From positions 186,001 to 250,000 of the IMG/VR virus record IMGVR_UViG_3300023175_000005: DNA of 64,000 nt; one strand, 5' to 3'. Shown here in pieces: positions 19,002 through 27,433 of the stretch (position 1 is the first letter of the stretch; each line of letters starts with the position of its first letter). The notes beneath the pieces are model-generated. The model was not told where the DNA came from, did no database searches, and was given only the letters and a program-made list of their open reading frames with translations. The position numbers and the translations under genes are program-made.

Positions 19002-20233
19002 TCTTTTAAAAAACCAAATTCAGGATAAAGATCTAAGAATTTTGTTGCTCTTGTACTGTCAAAATAATCCAACATGTATCTAAAATAATCACGTTGTTTA
19101 TCTGATAAAGTTTTTTGTGGCTCCGTTTTAATCCAATCTAACCAGTTGTAGTCGTCTATTAGGTTTAAAGTTTTTAACTCTGGTAAGAAAGTTTCAATTT
19201 TTTTTACAATTTCAATTCTGTAATCAATGGGTGAGTTGGCAAAATGTAATGGCTCTGGCCAATCTAAAAATGTTGTATTAAAAGGAAACTTATTTTGTTT
19301 AATAAAGTCAAGCAAATTTGGCAAATCTTTTAGATTTAGCAATTGTATTGTAGGCTCTAAGGTAATTTGAAAATTCTCATATTGGTCGCATATTTTTTTA
19401 GATCTTAAAATCTTGCTTTCCAATGCAGACCAAGAACTAGGGTATCGAACATATTCTAAAACTTTTCCAGTAGCATCCAAACTTATTGATAAGTTTACAT
19501 GCTTAAACTTTGTAAGGTATTTTTCTATCCATGATTCTTTGATAATTGTGCCATTTGAAATTATGTGTACCTTTATATGACCGCTTTCTTTTCTATTCAC
19601 TAATTCTTCTATCAAAGATGTAAATCCCTTCATCACAAACGGCTCGCCGCCGACTGCCATAATCTCTTGAGTTCTTTTTGCATTTTCAAGTATATGGTCA
19701 ACAAATCGCTGGTTGAAATTATTAGATGATGTAGAAAGAACTTCTAGGTCTTTACTATTGGTATAAGGATTGCTTTTGCCGAATTTATTATATTCTAGCA
19801 TGTTCTTTGCAATTTGATTGCTCAATGTAGGGTTACACATCACGCACTGCAAGTTACATTCGTTGCTCATTCTCAAATCAAAACTCAGAGGACTAGGAAC
19901 AACTGTATGGGCATTTTTATAATAATAATCGGCTAATGATTTCCATTTATGATTTTCATACTGTCGGTTTGAAATGATTCCCTGTTCTTCACTTTCAATA
20001 CAACTTTTACAGATATTTTTAGGGATGATTCTTTGATTGAATTTGTGTCTTAATTTTTGTAAAGTCTTGCTGTTCCATACTTCATCGACATCCTTGCCTA
20101 GAATATTAATATCGTCTGAATCTAATTGTTTTGCATAACAACAGGCTTTCATATGCCCTGTTGTTGTCACAAACATTTTAACAAAAGGATGGACACAAAA
20201 ATTTTTGTATAAATCTTCTATTTCATTCGTCAT
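18998..20233 (-). CDS. Radical SAM protein with N-terminal twitch/SPASM domain
   Basis: CVHPF...KACC...CKSC; CNLQCVMC; GGEP; SNGT; SLDA. Confidence 0.85.
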   Translation of the reverse strand: MTNEIEDLYKNFCVHPFVKMFVTTTGHMKACCYAKQLDSDDINILGKDVDEVWNSKTLQKLRHKFNQRIIPKNICKSCIESEEQGIISNRQYENHKWKSLADYYYKNAHTVVPSPLSFDLRMSNECNLQCVMCNPTLSNQIAKNMLEYNKFGKSNPYTNSKDLEVLSTSSNNFNQRFVDHILENAKRTQEIMAVGGEPFVMKGFTSLIEELVNRKESGHIKVHIISNGTIIKESWIEKYLTKFKHVNLSISLDATGKVLEYVRYPSSWSALESKILRSKKICDQYENFQITLEPTIQLLNLKDLPNLLDFIKQNKFPFNTTFLDWPEPLHFANSPIDYRIEIVKKIETFLPELKTLNLIDDYNWLDWIKTEPQKTLSDKQRDYFRYMLDYFDSTRATKFLDLYPEFGFLKD

Positions 20234-20239
20234 GCACTA

Positions 20240-20629
20240 TTATGATACTTCACTTCTTCCTTTATCTATAGGTACAACATTAATATAGCCTGCACCTCTG
20301 TCTGTATCTAAACCTTCATCTACAAGCATATTGTAAACAATATCTTTAAACCATCTATCAACAATTTCTTCTTCAGGATCAACATCTGTTCCATAACCTG
20401 CTTCTAAAAGTTGTTTAATAAAATATTCATTCCAATCTAGTTCAAAGAATCCGTTACGAATATTTTCTTCATTCACTTGCACATCTAAAACACTTACCCA
20501 TGGCTCTTTTCTTTTTGTTGCATATTCTTTTGGATCTTTCTTTTTTAGAAACTCGAGTTTTTCTTTTTCAAACTTTGCCTTTTCTTCTTCGGCTTTTTTG
20601 TCTCTAACAATTTTATTCCACCATCCCAT
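20240..20629 (-). CDS. Hypothetical protein
   Basis: 129 aa ORF. Confidence 0.65.
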   Translation of the reverse strand: MGWWNKIVRDKKAEEEKAKFEKEKLEFLKKKDPKEYATKRKEPWVSVLDVQVNEENIRNGFFELDWNEYFIKQLLEAGYGTDVDPEEEIVDRWFKDIVYNMLVDEGLDTDRGAGYINVVPIDKGRSEVS

Positions 20630-20698
20630 TATAAGTGTTTCCTTAGTTTTTTGTATTGTTCTTCAGTGACTATCCCACTAGCGTACTTACTAATTTCC

Positions 20699-21592
20699 TT
20701 ATGTTCCCCAGGCATTTCCGAATAGGCTAATGTGGAGTCTTGGAGTGAACCTCCAGCCTCGTTCCATACAGAGCTTCGCCACCTCTTGTACCGTGATGTT
20801 GTACCCTTCCGAGCGACCGCCAAGCGGCATAAGATAGACAGGGCATTCCACACCCGCTGAACGATATTCACTAACTGCTCTACTAACTTCATCAACATCA
20901 TCCATATCAGCAACAACAAATTTAAGATACACAGAACTGCTGTCACAACGAGCGTAATCACGCAAGACGTCAGGTTTGATAGCTGAATCCCAAGTTTCTC
21001 CGCTGACGGATAACTTAGGAGAACAACTAAATGTCCATTCAATTCTGTCATTGTTGTTGATGTAATTGAACAAATCATCATGTAAAAATTGTGTAGTGTT
21101 TGTTTCAAACGTGACATTTTTTAAATCTTTCATTTTCGGATGTTCAAACAACTCTACGTAGAGTCGTTGCCATGCAAGTAATGGTTCACCGCCTGTCATA
21201 ATCAAATGAATATCTTGTCCATTATCTTGTGTCCATTTGCCTTCCGGCAATAAACTAATCAAATGATCTACAACTTCGTCTACTTCTGCAAGTTTGTTAA
21301 AGTGTTTAAACTCTGGATAGATACTAGCATATGTATCACAACCTGTGTGAATAATAGGTAAATCTTCAAATTTTTCTGTAGTTTCGTGTACGCCTGCGTC
21401 AAGTAGTGCCTTTACTTCTGGATTGTAACGATTGCCTTCTGCGTGTTGTTCCCAACGATTCTTGTCTTTTGGTAAGCCAAAATTCATACAACGAAAGTTG
21501 CAACCAAATGTACGTAAAAATACGCTAGGTACTCCTACGTATTTACCCTCACCTTGTACACTATAAAATGCTTCACTGTAACGTAATTTCAT
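20699..21592 (-). CDS. queE: 7-carboxy-7-deazaguanine synthase (radical SAM)
   Basis: EAFYSVQGEG, VFLRTFGCNFRC...GCDT, TGGEP, FETN, SPK, RLH motifs. Confidence 0.88.
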   Translation of the reverse strand: MKLRYSEAFYSVQGEGKYVGVPSVFLRTFGCNFRCMNFGLPKDKNRWEQHAEGNRYNPEVKALLDAGVHETTEKFEDLPIIHTGCDTYASIYPEFKHFNKLAEVDEVVDHLISLLPEGKWTQDNGQDIHLIMTGGEPLLAWQRLYVELFEHPKMKDLKNVTFETNTTQFLHDDLFNYINNNDRIEWTFSCSPKLSVSGETWDSAIKPDVLRDYARCDSSSVYLKFVVADMDDVDEVSRAVSEYRSAGVECPVYLMPLGGRSEGYNITVQEVAKLCMERGWRFTPRLHISLFGNAWGT

Positions 21593-22211
21593 GTGTCTGT
21601 TCCTTTATATAATTTGCAATATTTGTACCAAACTCTTTATGCACTCCGTAACCTGGATGACGTTTGTCTTTTGCCAAATCACTATCTTTTCTTCTTCTCA
21701 TAGTATCAATGTCTTCTACTGCAATAAAATCTATGTTATTCCATTTTTCGTGTTGAAAGTGCCAAGGTTTTGCATTAGCATGGTAATTGATTATGTTATG
21801 CTCGTCTAAGTAAGATTTTGCTACTCTCATGTATAAGTTAGTTGTCCAATTAGAATCATAATCTGTATAAAGATTTTTAAAATATGATTTAATTGCTTTA
21901 TCGCCTTTCATACCCCACATCTTTACTTGTACTGAATTCATTGATATTTCGTCAGTTAGTATTGCATGTCTGTTATGAAATGTCCATAAACAAATAACTG
22001 TGTCACCTTCTTGGTATTCAAATGTCAACAAGTCGTTAAGTATTTCTTTATTTGAATAACCACTCATTCCTTTGTTAATGCATTCTAAATTTAACAATTT
22101 AGAAACAACAGAAGGCCAAGCAAGTTTGCTCGGCTCTTCATTGTGCGGCCATATATCTTTTAAATTATCACCGTATGTCAAACTACAACCAAATGCAATT
22201 AACCTTGCCAT
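21573..22211 (-). CDS. SGNH/GDSL-like hydrolase
   Basis: FGCSLTYG block I; DKRHPG block V. Confidence 0.55.
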   Translation of the reverse strand: MARLIAFGCSLTYGDNLKDIWPHNEEPSKLAWPSVVSKLLNLECINKGMSGYSNKEILNDLLTFEYQEGDTVICLWTFHNRHAILTDEISMNSVQVKMWGMKGDKAIKSYFKNLYTDYDSNWTTNLYMRVAKSYLDEHNIINYHANAKPWHFQHEKWNNIDFIAVEDIDTMRRRKDSDLAKDKRHPGYGVHKEFGTNIANYIKEQTHEITLQ

Positions 22212-22318
22212 TCTGCTTTTGCCTTGATAAATCTTTCTGCTAGATCGTATTTAAGTTGCAGATTAAAAATGGTTGTAGTGTTATAAGGTTGTGTAAAAGA
22301 ATAATTAATTTCAAACAT
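22199..22318 (-). CDS. Unannotated 39-aa bridging ORF (MFEINYSFTQPY...AEWQG)
   Basis: ATG overlaps the folE stop (TAATG); end overlaps the next gene start. Confidence 0.45.
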   Translation of the reverse strand: MFEINYSFTQPYNTTTIFNLQLKYDLAERFIKAKAEWQG

Positions 22319-23001
22319 TAGCAAGCAAATTCCTGTTGTAGTTTGATGTTGTCAAAGAACTCTTTCTTAGTTGTAGGATCATCTTTAAAACTACCTCTTA
22401 GCACAGTTGTTTGTGTAAGTGAACTATGTGCCATAATTCCGCGATTCTCGCAGCAGCCGTGTGTTGCTTGAATGTATACACCTAAGTGCTCGGCACCTGT
22501 CGCTTTTTGAATCTCACGTGCAATATCATTTGCAAGTTCTTCTTGCAGTGTGCCGCGTCTTGCACACCACTGTGCAATTCGTGTATATTTAGAAAGACCA
22601 ATTAATTTTTCAGCAGCAATAATACCAATGTATGCAGTGCCAACAACAGGCTGGTGATGATGTGAACACATTGATTTAAGTTCACTGCGTACTACTAGCA
22701 TACCTTCATAACGGTCTTCCGAATCATTTGGAAATGCTGTTGCATCAGGCTTAGGATCATAACGTCCTGCCATAATTTCATTTATATACATTTTTGCTAG
22801 ACGTCTGCCTGTATCCTTTGAATTAGGATCATTTACAATGTCAATACAAAGACTTTCAAGAACGCTTTCGAACTTAGGTGTAAGTTCTTCTATAAGGGCT
22901 TCTTTGTCACCTTTTTGCATAACATATGATATGTTATCGCCAGCCCAGTAACGTTTACCAGCATCTTCTAATCGTTGTTTTAGTTCTAAACTTTTTGTCA
23001 T
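22318..23001 (-). CDS. folE: GTP cyclohydrolase I
   Basis: SMCSHHHQP, GLSKYTR, LQEELA, HGCCENRG. Confidence 0.92.
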   Translation of the reverse strand: MTKSLELKQRLEDAGKRYWAGDNISYVMQKGDKEALIEELTPKFESVLESLCIDIVNDPNSKDTGRRLAKMYINEIMAGRYDPKPDATAFPNDSEDRYEGMLVVRSELKSMCSHHHQPVVGTAYIGIIAAEKLIGLSKYTRIAQWCARRGTLQEELANDIAREIQKATGAEHLGVYIQATHGCCENRGIMAHSSLTQTTVLRGSFKDDPTTKKEFFDNIKLQQEFAC

Positions 23002-23040
23002 TTATTTCTCCGAGTTATAGACGAGGATGTCTATTAATTT

Positions 23041-23069
23041 AATATACCATGTATTTAGGTTTTTGTCAA
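23041..23069 (-). promoter_or_regulatory. Composite sigma70 and late promoter for folE
   Basis: TTGACA-N17-TATATT with TAAATAC in the spacer (23051-23057). Confidence 0.75.
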
Positions 23070-23317
23070 GATATTTCTTCAATATCTGTTACATCACTAA
23101 AAGGAACTACACGTTTGATAAATTGTTTCTCAGCATCTTTAATTTCGTACAGTTCTCTTTTGCTATCTTGAGATAATAGAACACCTTCTCTTTCTAGTTC
23201 GACATATGCATTAACCGGAAGATCTGCCATGCTATACATTCCACCAAGTCTGCCAAATTTGTCTACAGGCCATTCTGCTTTATACTTGCATTTATATTCT
23301 TTATATTCAGTACTCAC
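23066..23317 (-). CDS. Hypothetical protein
   Basis: 83 aa ORF. Confidence 0.55.
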   Translation of the reverse strand: MSTEYKEYKCKYKAEWPVDKFGRLGGMYSMADLPVNAYVELEREGVLLSQDSKRELYEIKDAEKQFIKRVVPFSDVTDIEEIS

Positions 23318-23906
23318 TTACATTCTCCCAAGGATAAACTAACCAAACATCTTCTTCTGCTTTATTGATTTCGTGTGCGTAATAACGAACTAATCCGCAG
23401 TCACTTGCTAAATTTTCAGTTAAAGTTGCGAAACGAACGTTTTGGTCCCAAACTCTGTTCCATCGATCATGATCGGGTAAACAACCACTAGTCCAGTCTT
23501 TTACAATCCAGTTAAATGTTGTACCAGTGTCGTTAATATCGTCTACAATAAGAATATTACTTTTGTTTTCAATAGTAATAATATCAACACCTGCACTTGC
23601 TTGAATGTCTTGATTATGAGTTTGAATTTTCATATCTTCATATCCAAATGCATCTTCTGCCATCCAACAGTTGCTTTCGTTTCCGTAACCTTCATTGTCA
23701 TCACGCAAACTAACCTTTAGTGCTTCGCAACGAATACCAGTCATGTTAGAAATAATAGTTGCAGGAATGTTACCACCTCGTGTAATACCTACAATGTAAT
23801 CAGGACGCCAATTATCTTTATACATCTGCATGACAATACTTGCACACATCTTTTCTACGTCTTGCCACGAATAATAATGTTTCTTAATCATTCTTTTTCC
23901 ACTCAT
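23307..23906 (-). CDS. Type I purine phosphoribosyltransferase (Gpt-like)
   Basis: VGITRGG; PRPP loop LIVDDINDTGTT; WLVYPWE. Confidence 0.85.
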   Translation of the reverse strand: MSGKRMIKKHYYSWQDVEKMCASIVMQMYKDNWRPDYIVGITRGGNIPATIISNMTGIRCEALKVSLRDDNEGYGNESNCWMAEDAFGYEDMKIQTHNQDIQASAGVDIITIENKSNILIVDDINDTGTTFNWIVKDWTSGCLPDHDRWNRVWDQNVRFATLTENLASDCGLVRYYAHEINKAEEDVWLVYPWENVSEY

Positions 23907-24111
23907 CCATTTCAGTTTTTATATCAGTAATTTGTTCGTTTGCAATACCAGCAGCCATTGATTGAACTTGTTCTAGTAAGTGCCTACAAGTAGATTCGTC
24001 ATATTGTTTATAACTAATTTCAGCAAATTCATTACGAATACGATGTGCTTGTATACACAAATCTTTCATTGCATTTATACGTCTAATCCATTCTTCAATT
24101 GGATGTTGCAT
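23884..24111 (-). CDS. Hypothetical protein
   Basis: 75 aa, coupled. Confidence 0.55.
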   Translation of the reverse strand: MQHPIEEWIRRINAMKDLCIQAHRIRNEFAEISYKQYDESTCRHLLEQVQSMAAGIANEQITDIKTEMDEWKKND

Positions 24112-24527
24112 TAAAATGGTACCTCTGCTTCTGGTTCGTGATTACCTTTATAGTCTTGATGAACCATTTTGTAAATTGATTCAAAGTTTTTAAAAGCTTT
24201 TTCTAAACCGGGATAATGTTGACACATATCTTTAATTTTATTTAATGAAGGCATTGTATCTACAAATTCAGTTTGTTCCCAAGTAATATTGTCACTCCAG
24301 TGTGTATCATCAATTGTGATGGTTAAATTACCATCACTAATAGTACTGGCATTATTAATATTAATGTCTGATATATTAAATGTTAAATCTTCGTCAGAAA
24401 TAATGTCTATAGTTGCTGTTGTGATATCACTTATACTAGTTGAATATGTGTGGTCTGTACTTGTACCAAAAATAATATCATCATCATTACCCATCTGCAA
24501 TATTCCTGTATAGTTCGGTTCCGTCAA
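24111..24527 (-). CDS. Hypothetical protein (Thr/Asp/Ile-rich)
   Basis: 138 aa, coupled. Confidence 0.55.
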   Translation of the reverse strand: MTEPNYTGILQMGNDDDIIFGTSTDHTYSTSISDITTATIDIISDEDLTFNISDININNASTISDGNLTITIDDTHWSDNITWEQTEFVDTMPSLNKIKDMCQHYPGLEKAFKNFESIYKMVHQDYKGNHEPEAEVPF

Positions 24528-25545
24528 AAAATTCTTTGTTAAGTTTAGTGCGCTGTTTTTCTAAACTTATAAGATAGTCATCGTAGTTTTCCATATAGTC
24601 AACAATCTTGGCAGCAATGTCTCCTCTATGTTTTCTATATGCACTATAATCTTCAGTCCATTGACTAGGATATTTAAATTCGGGCAATGCCATTTCTGAA
24701 TAACTTAATCTATCAGGTACCATAGGAATAGCATCTACTAGAGCGCCTTCGTACCAACTGATACCTAGTGTTTCTTGTAAGTTAGCACTAAACACAAGTT
24801 TTGCTTCTCCTAACAAGTTGTGATATTCATTTTTAGTAAGCGTTTGCTCTTGACATACAACAAATTCATATTCGGGTAGTTGTTGTTTTAAATCATGGAA
24901 TATATCAACTTGTTTTTCTGGAGCAATACGATGCGGGAAAAGAATTAGATCACGCTTCTCCATACCTTTGTATTGATCTAAACTGCTACGTAAATATTCC
25001 ATAGGCCAACCTACACGATGTGTTTTATCTATATCAACTTGATAATCTTCACCTAATGTATCTGCAAACATTTCAATATGAAAGTCAGTTGCAAAAAAGT
25101 TATCATCATAACATTCAAACATTGACATTTCAGCATGTCTTACCCAGGGCTTATCTCCAATCAACCTGCCAAGAAAGTCATGAGGGTCATAACTACCAGC
25201 ATGCCAAAGCCCGCCGATGCTAACATCAACGTCCAAGAGTTCTGCCATATAACGTAACTGAATAACAGTAGGGTTCCAAGCATCGGTATATAAGAAATAA
25301 TCTCCATTTTGAATTTGCCCTTTACAAAACATTTCGCCTATGATTTCTAGTTGTTTTGATTTGTAAACATTGGTTCCGCCAAAATTGAGAAATGCCCCAG
25401 GCGTTGTTGCCTGAGGCGTCTCGCCACCACTGATGACTTTTACATTTTCGTTTGTAGATCGTGATAGTTGCTTTGGAAGGTAATCTTTCCATTGCTTAGT
25501 GTAGCGTGTATCAACTGCTTCAATATCTACAATATAAATTGTCAT
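24487..25545 (-). CDS. GT-B glycosyltransferase
   Basis: FPHRIAPEKQ and ETLGISWYEG match the GT-B R/K and ExFGxxxxE donor-binding motifs. Confidence 0.8.
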   Translation of the reverse strand: MTIYIVDIEAVDTRYTKQWKDYLPKQLSRSTNENVKVISGGETPQATTPGAFLNFGGTNVYKSKQLEIIGEMFCKGQIQNGDYFLYTDAWNPTVIQLRYMAELLDVDVSIGGLWHAGSYDPHDFLGRLIGDKPWVRHAEMSMFECYDDNFFATDFHIEMFADTLGEDYQVDIDKTHRVGWPMEYLRSSLDQYKGMEKRDLILFPHRIAPEKQVDIFHDLKQQLPEYEFVVCQEQTLTKNEYHNLLGEAKLVFSANLQETLGISWYEGALVDAIPMVPDRLSYSEMALPEFKYPSQWTEDYSAYRKHRGDIAAKIVDYMENYDDYLISLEKQRTKLNKEFFDGTELYRNIADG

Positions 25546-25757
25546 TAATGTCTCCGATTGTTAAAACTTCGACTTGCGTTACGTGACTTAGCACGTAAAT
25601 AATTTTGATATTTAATATAAGATTGCCAAATAGGCGCATCTTTTTTATACAAATCAGCCTCGTTAAAGACTTTACCTTCAAAGCGACAATAGTCGCGGAA
25701 CTTATCCAAATCATTAAACACTTTTGTATAAGCGTCACGATTGAACTTAATAGTCAT
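25545..25757 (-). CDS. Hypothetical protein
   Basis: 70 aa, TAATG coupling. Confidence 0.6.
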   Translation of the reverse strand: MTIKFNRDAYTKVFNDLDKFRDYCRFEGKVFNEADLYKKDAPIWQSYIKYQNYLRAKSRNASRSFNNRRH

Positions 25758-25775
25758 TTACCTAATTCCTTTTTA

Positions 25776-26243
25776 CTATGGGTAAACAATTTGACAGCCA
25801 TTTTCGCCATCTTCGGCGACATCAATAACAACAAAGCGGCCGGGATACTTTGCGTTAATCTGTGTGTACAAGTCATCTGCGATCATTTCGCACGACTTGT
25901 GATTTAGTTCAATAACCTTGTCGTCATAAAGACTTTCTAGCCAACGCTTGAACTGAATAAATTCAATGTCACGATCATTATGTGTAACTTGAATTTGTAC
26001 CTTAAAATGAAAGATGTGTCTATGAGCCACACCTAAAAAACTTACGTCATCCCAGCCACCTGTTGCTAGTGCTGGATCGTCTTTTGCCGCAGGATAAAGA
26101 TGGATACCTTCTTTACGGAATGTTACCCAAATACTACGTTTTGCATTTTCTAATCTGTGTGAAATACTCAATTTTTTATCTTCCTGTCGCATTTTCCAAA
26201 GCATCCAATCATAATAACGCTTAGGTTCTTTGTCTCTACTCAT
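25776..26243 (-). CDS. queD: 6-carboxy-tetrahydropterin synthase-like (T-fold)
   Basis: EGIHLYP, HRHIFHFKV Zn His motif, SCEMIAD, VAEDGENG. Confidence 0.75.
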   Translation of the reverse strand: MSRDKEPKRYYDWMLWKMRQEDKKLSISHRLENAKRSIWVTFRKEGIHLYPAAKDDPALATGGWDDVSFLGVAHRHIFHFKVQIQVTHNDRDIEFIQFKRWLESLYDDKVIELNHKSCEMIADDLYTQINAKYPGRFVVIDVAEDGENGCQIVYP

Positions 26244-26790
26244 TTACTATAGTACCATTTTCAATACTTGTCAACTCGATAATTTCATCAGATCCATAAT
26301 TAGACCAGTCAGTAAATTTTTTCCTATCCATTAAGTCGTGTAAACTATGACACCAAACACCTGGATTAGTTGCCTTAAAATCTTTATCATCAATTTTCAA
26401 CATAGTGTTATAATTCCATAGTTTGATATATGGAATAGGAACTCTTAGTTGCGGAATAAAATTTTCGTATTCTGTTAAACCACTTTCTAGAAATGCTTCT
26501 GCAAGTGCAATAGGAATATCTAAACTGCAATAATAGTCTTCATTTAGACAATCCTTGATCATTGATTCCCACCATTCCCAGTCTTCATCTGTATCAGGAT
26601 TAAAACTATGATTAGCACCAAAAAACAAATGCTTAATTTTATTCAAATTAGCAATGCCCTTGATTTCTTCTAAAGGCTGTTTGCCTGTAATAAACAAAGT
26701 TTTTAAACCAAATGCAGGTGTACGTTCTACTTCGTTACCAATGAAGTAAACAGCATCATCTGCTGAACCTGTAGCATAATCTCTATTCAT
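26236..26790 (-). CDS. Hypothetical protein in the deazaguanine cluster
   Basis: TAATG coupling; FIGNEVERTPA, HLFFGANHSF. Confidence 0.65.
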   Translation of the reverse strand: MNRDYATGSADDAVYFIGNEVERTPAFGLKTLFITGKQPLEEIKGIANLNKIKHLFFGANHSFNPDTDEDWEWWESMIKDCLNEDYYCSLDIPIALAEAFLESGLTEYENFIPQLRVPIPYIKLWNYNTMLKIDDKDFKATNPGVWCHSLHDLMDRKKFTDWSNYGSDEIIELTSIENGTIVNE

Positions 26791-27104
26791 TAATATTGAG
26801 CCTCCCATTCGTTGCCGCCGTTACCATATTGAAGAACTTCTACTTTTTTAACACGATCATATCTAAAACTTCTAAAACCGTTTGATTCAATAGCCCATAC
26901 AACAACATTTTTTTCATGTTTTTGTGTTGTATCTTTCTTTGGGTCTGGAAAGAAAGACGGCATAAGAGTACAAGGCATCACTCTTTCAGTGCCGTCTAAT
27001 TTGTTAAAAGTTACTTCAACTACTTCTTTTTCTAATAGCGCAACTAATTCATCTTTTGTAGGAATACCCTTTAGGGCTGCTACTGTTTCTTCAACTTTTG
27101 CCAT
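26790..27104 (-). CDS. WYL-like/SH3-fold protein (DUF2693-like)
   Basis: VTFNKLDGTERVM...W...FRSFRYD. Confidence 0.55.
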   Translation of the reverse strand: MAKVEETVAALKGIPTKDELVALLEKEVVEVTFNKLDGTERVMPCTLMPSFFPDPKKDTTQKHEKNVVVWAIESNGFRSFRYDRVKKVEVLQYGNGGNEWEAQY

Positions 27105-27267
27105 TTTTAACCTTATACATCTCGTTCCAAATGTCCCAACGTTTTTTATTGTACTCATTTATTTGTTCATTAGTATAATTGTTTTTATGCATACTGTCAA
27201 TGATTTTTTCAATTTCTTCTAAAGCCATTTCTAATGCTTCTAATCTAAGTTCTTTTTCCGAGCGCAA
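27091..27267 (-). CDS. Unannotated 58-aa ORF (TTG start, MRSEKELRLEALE...)
   Basis: SD GGAG upstream; fills the gap and overlaps both neighbours. Confidence 0.5.
   Translation of the reverse strand: MRSEKELRLEALEMALEEIEKIIDSMHKNNYTNEQINEYNKKRWDIWNEMYKVKNGKS
27172..27200 (-). promoter_or_regulatory. Sigma70-type promoter
   Basis: TTGACA-N17-TATACT. Confidence 0.7.
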
Positions 27268-27433
27268 TGATATTCTCCAGTCTGTGTATTTCGTCTTTAT
27301 ACCAAAGTTTTTTTGTTTTTAATTTCCTAATTGCGTCATCTACAATGTATGATTTTTCAAGTTCAATAATTTCTTCATCTAGTTTTCTGTGCTTTCTTTT
27401 CAGTTCGACTAAATGTTCTTCATGTCCCATCAT
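27245..27433 (-). CDS. DUF465/YdcH-like coiled-coil protein
   Basis: HLVELKRKHRKLDEEI..LK.KKL..KDEI. Confidence 0.7.
   Translation of the reverse strand: MMGHEEHLVELKRKHRKLDEEIIELEKSYIVDDAIRKLKTKKLWYKDEIHRLENIIALGKRT

Noticed and set aside
20629-21117. 162-aa ORF overlapping queE in another frame
   Set aside because: Lies mostly inside the well-supported queE and has no recognisable motifs; only its last 28 codons may be real
23002-23040. preQ1 riboswitch upstream of folE
   Set aside because: Lacks the preQ1-I stem-loop consensus and A-rich tail
26246-26274. Sigma70 promoter for queD (TTGACA-N17-TATAGT)
   Set aside because: The -10 box is only 2 nt from the ATG, so +1 would fall inside the ORF unless a later start is used; left unannotated
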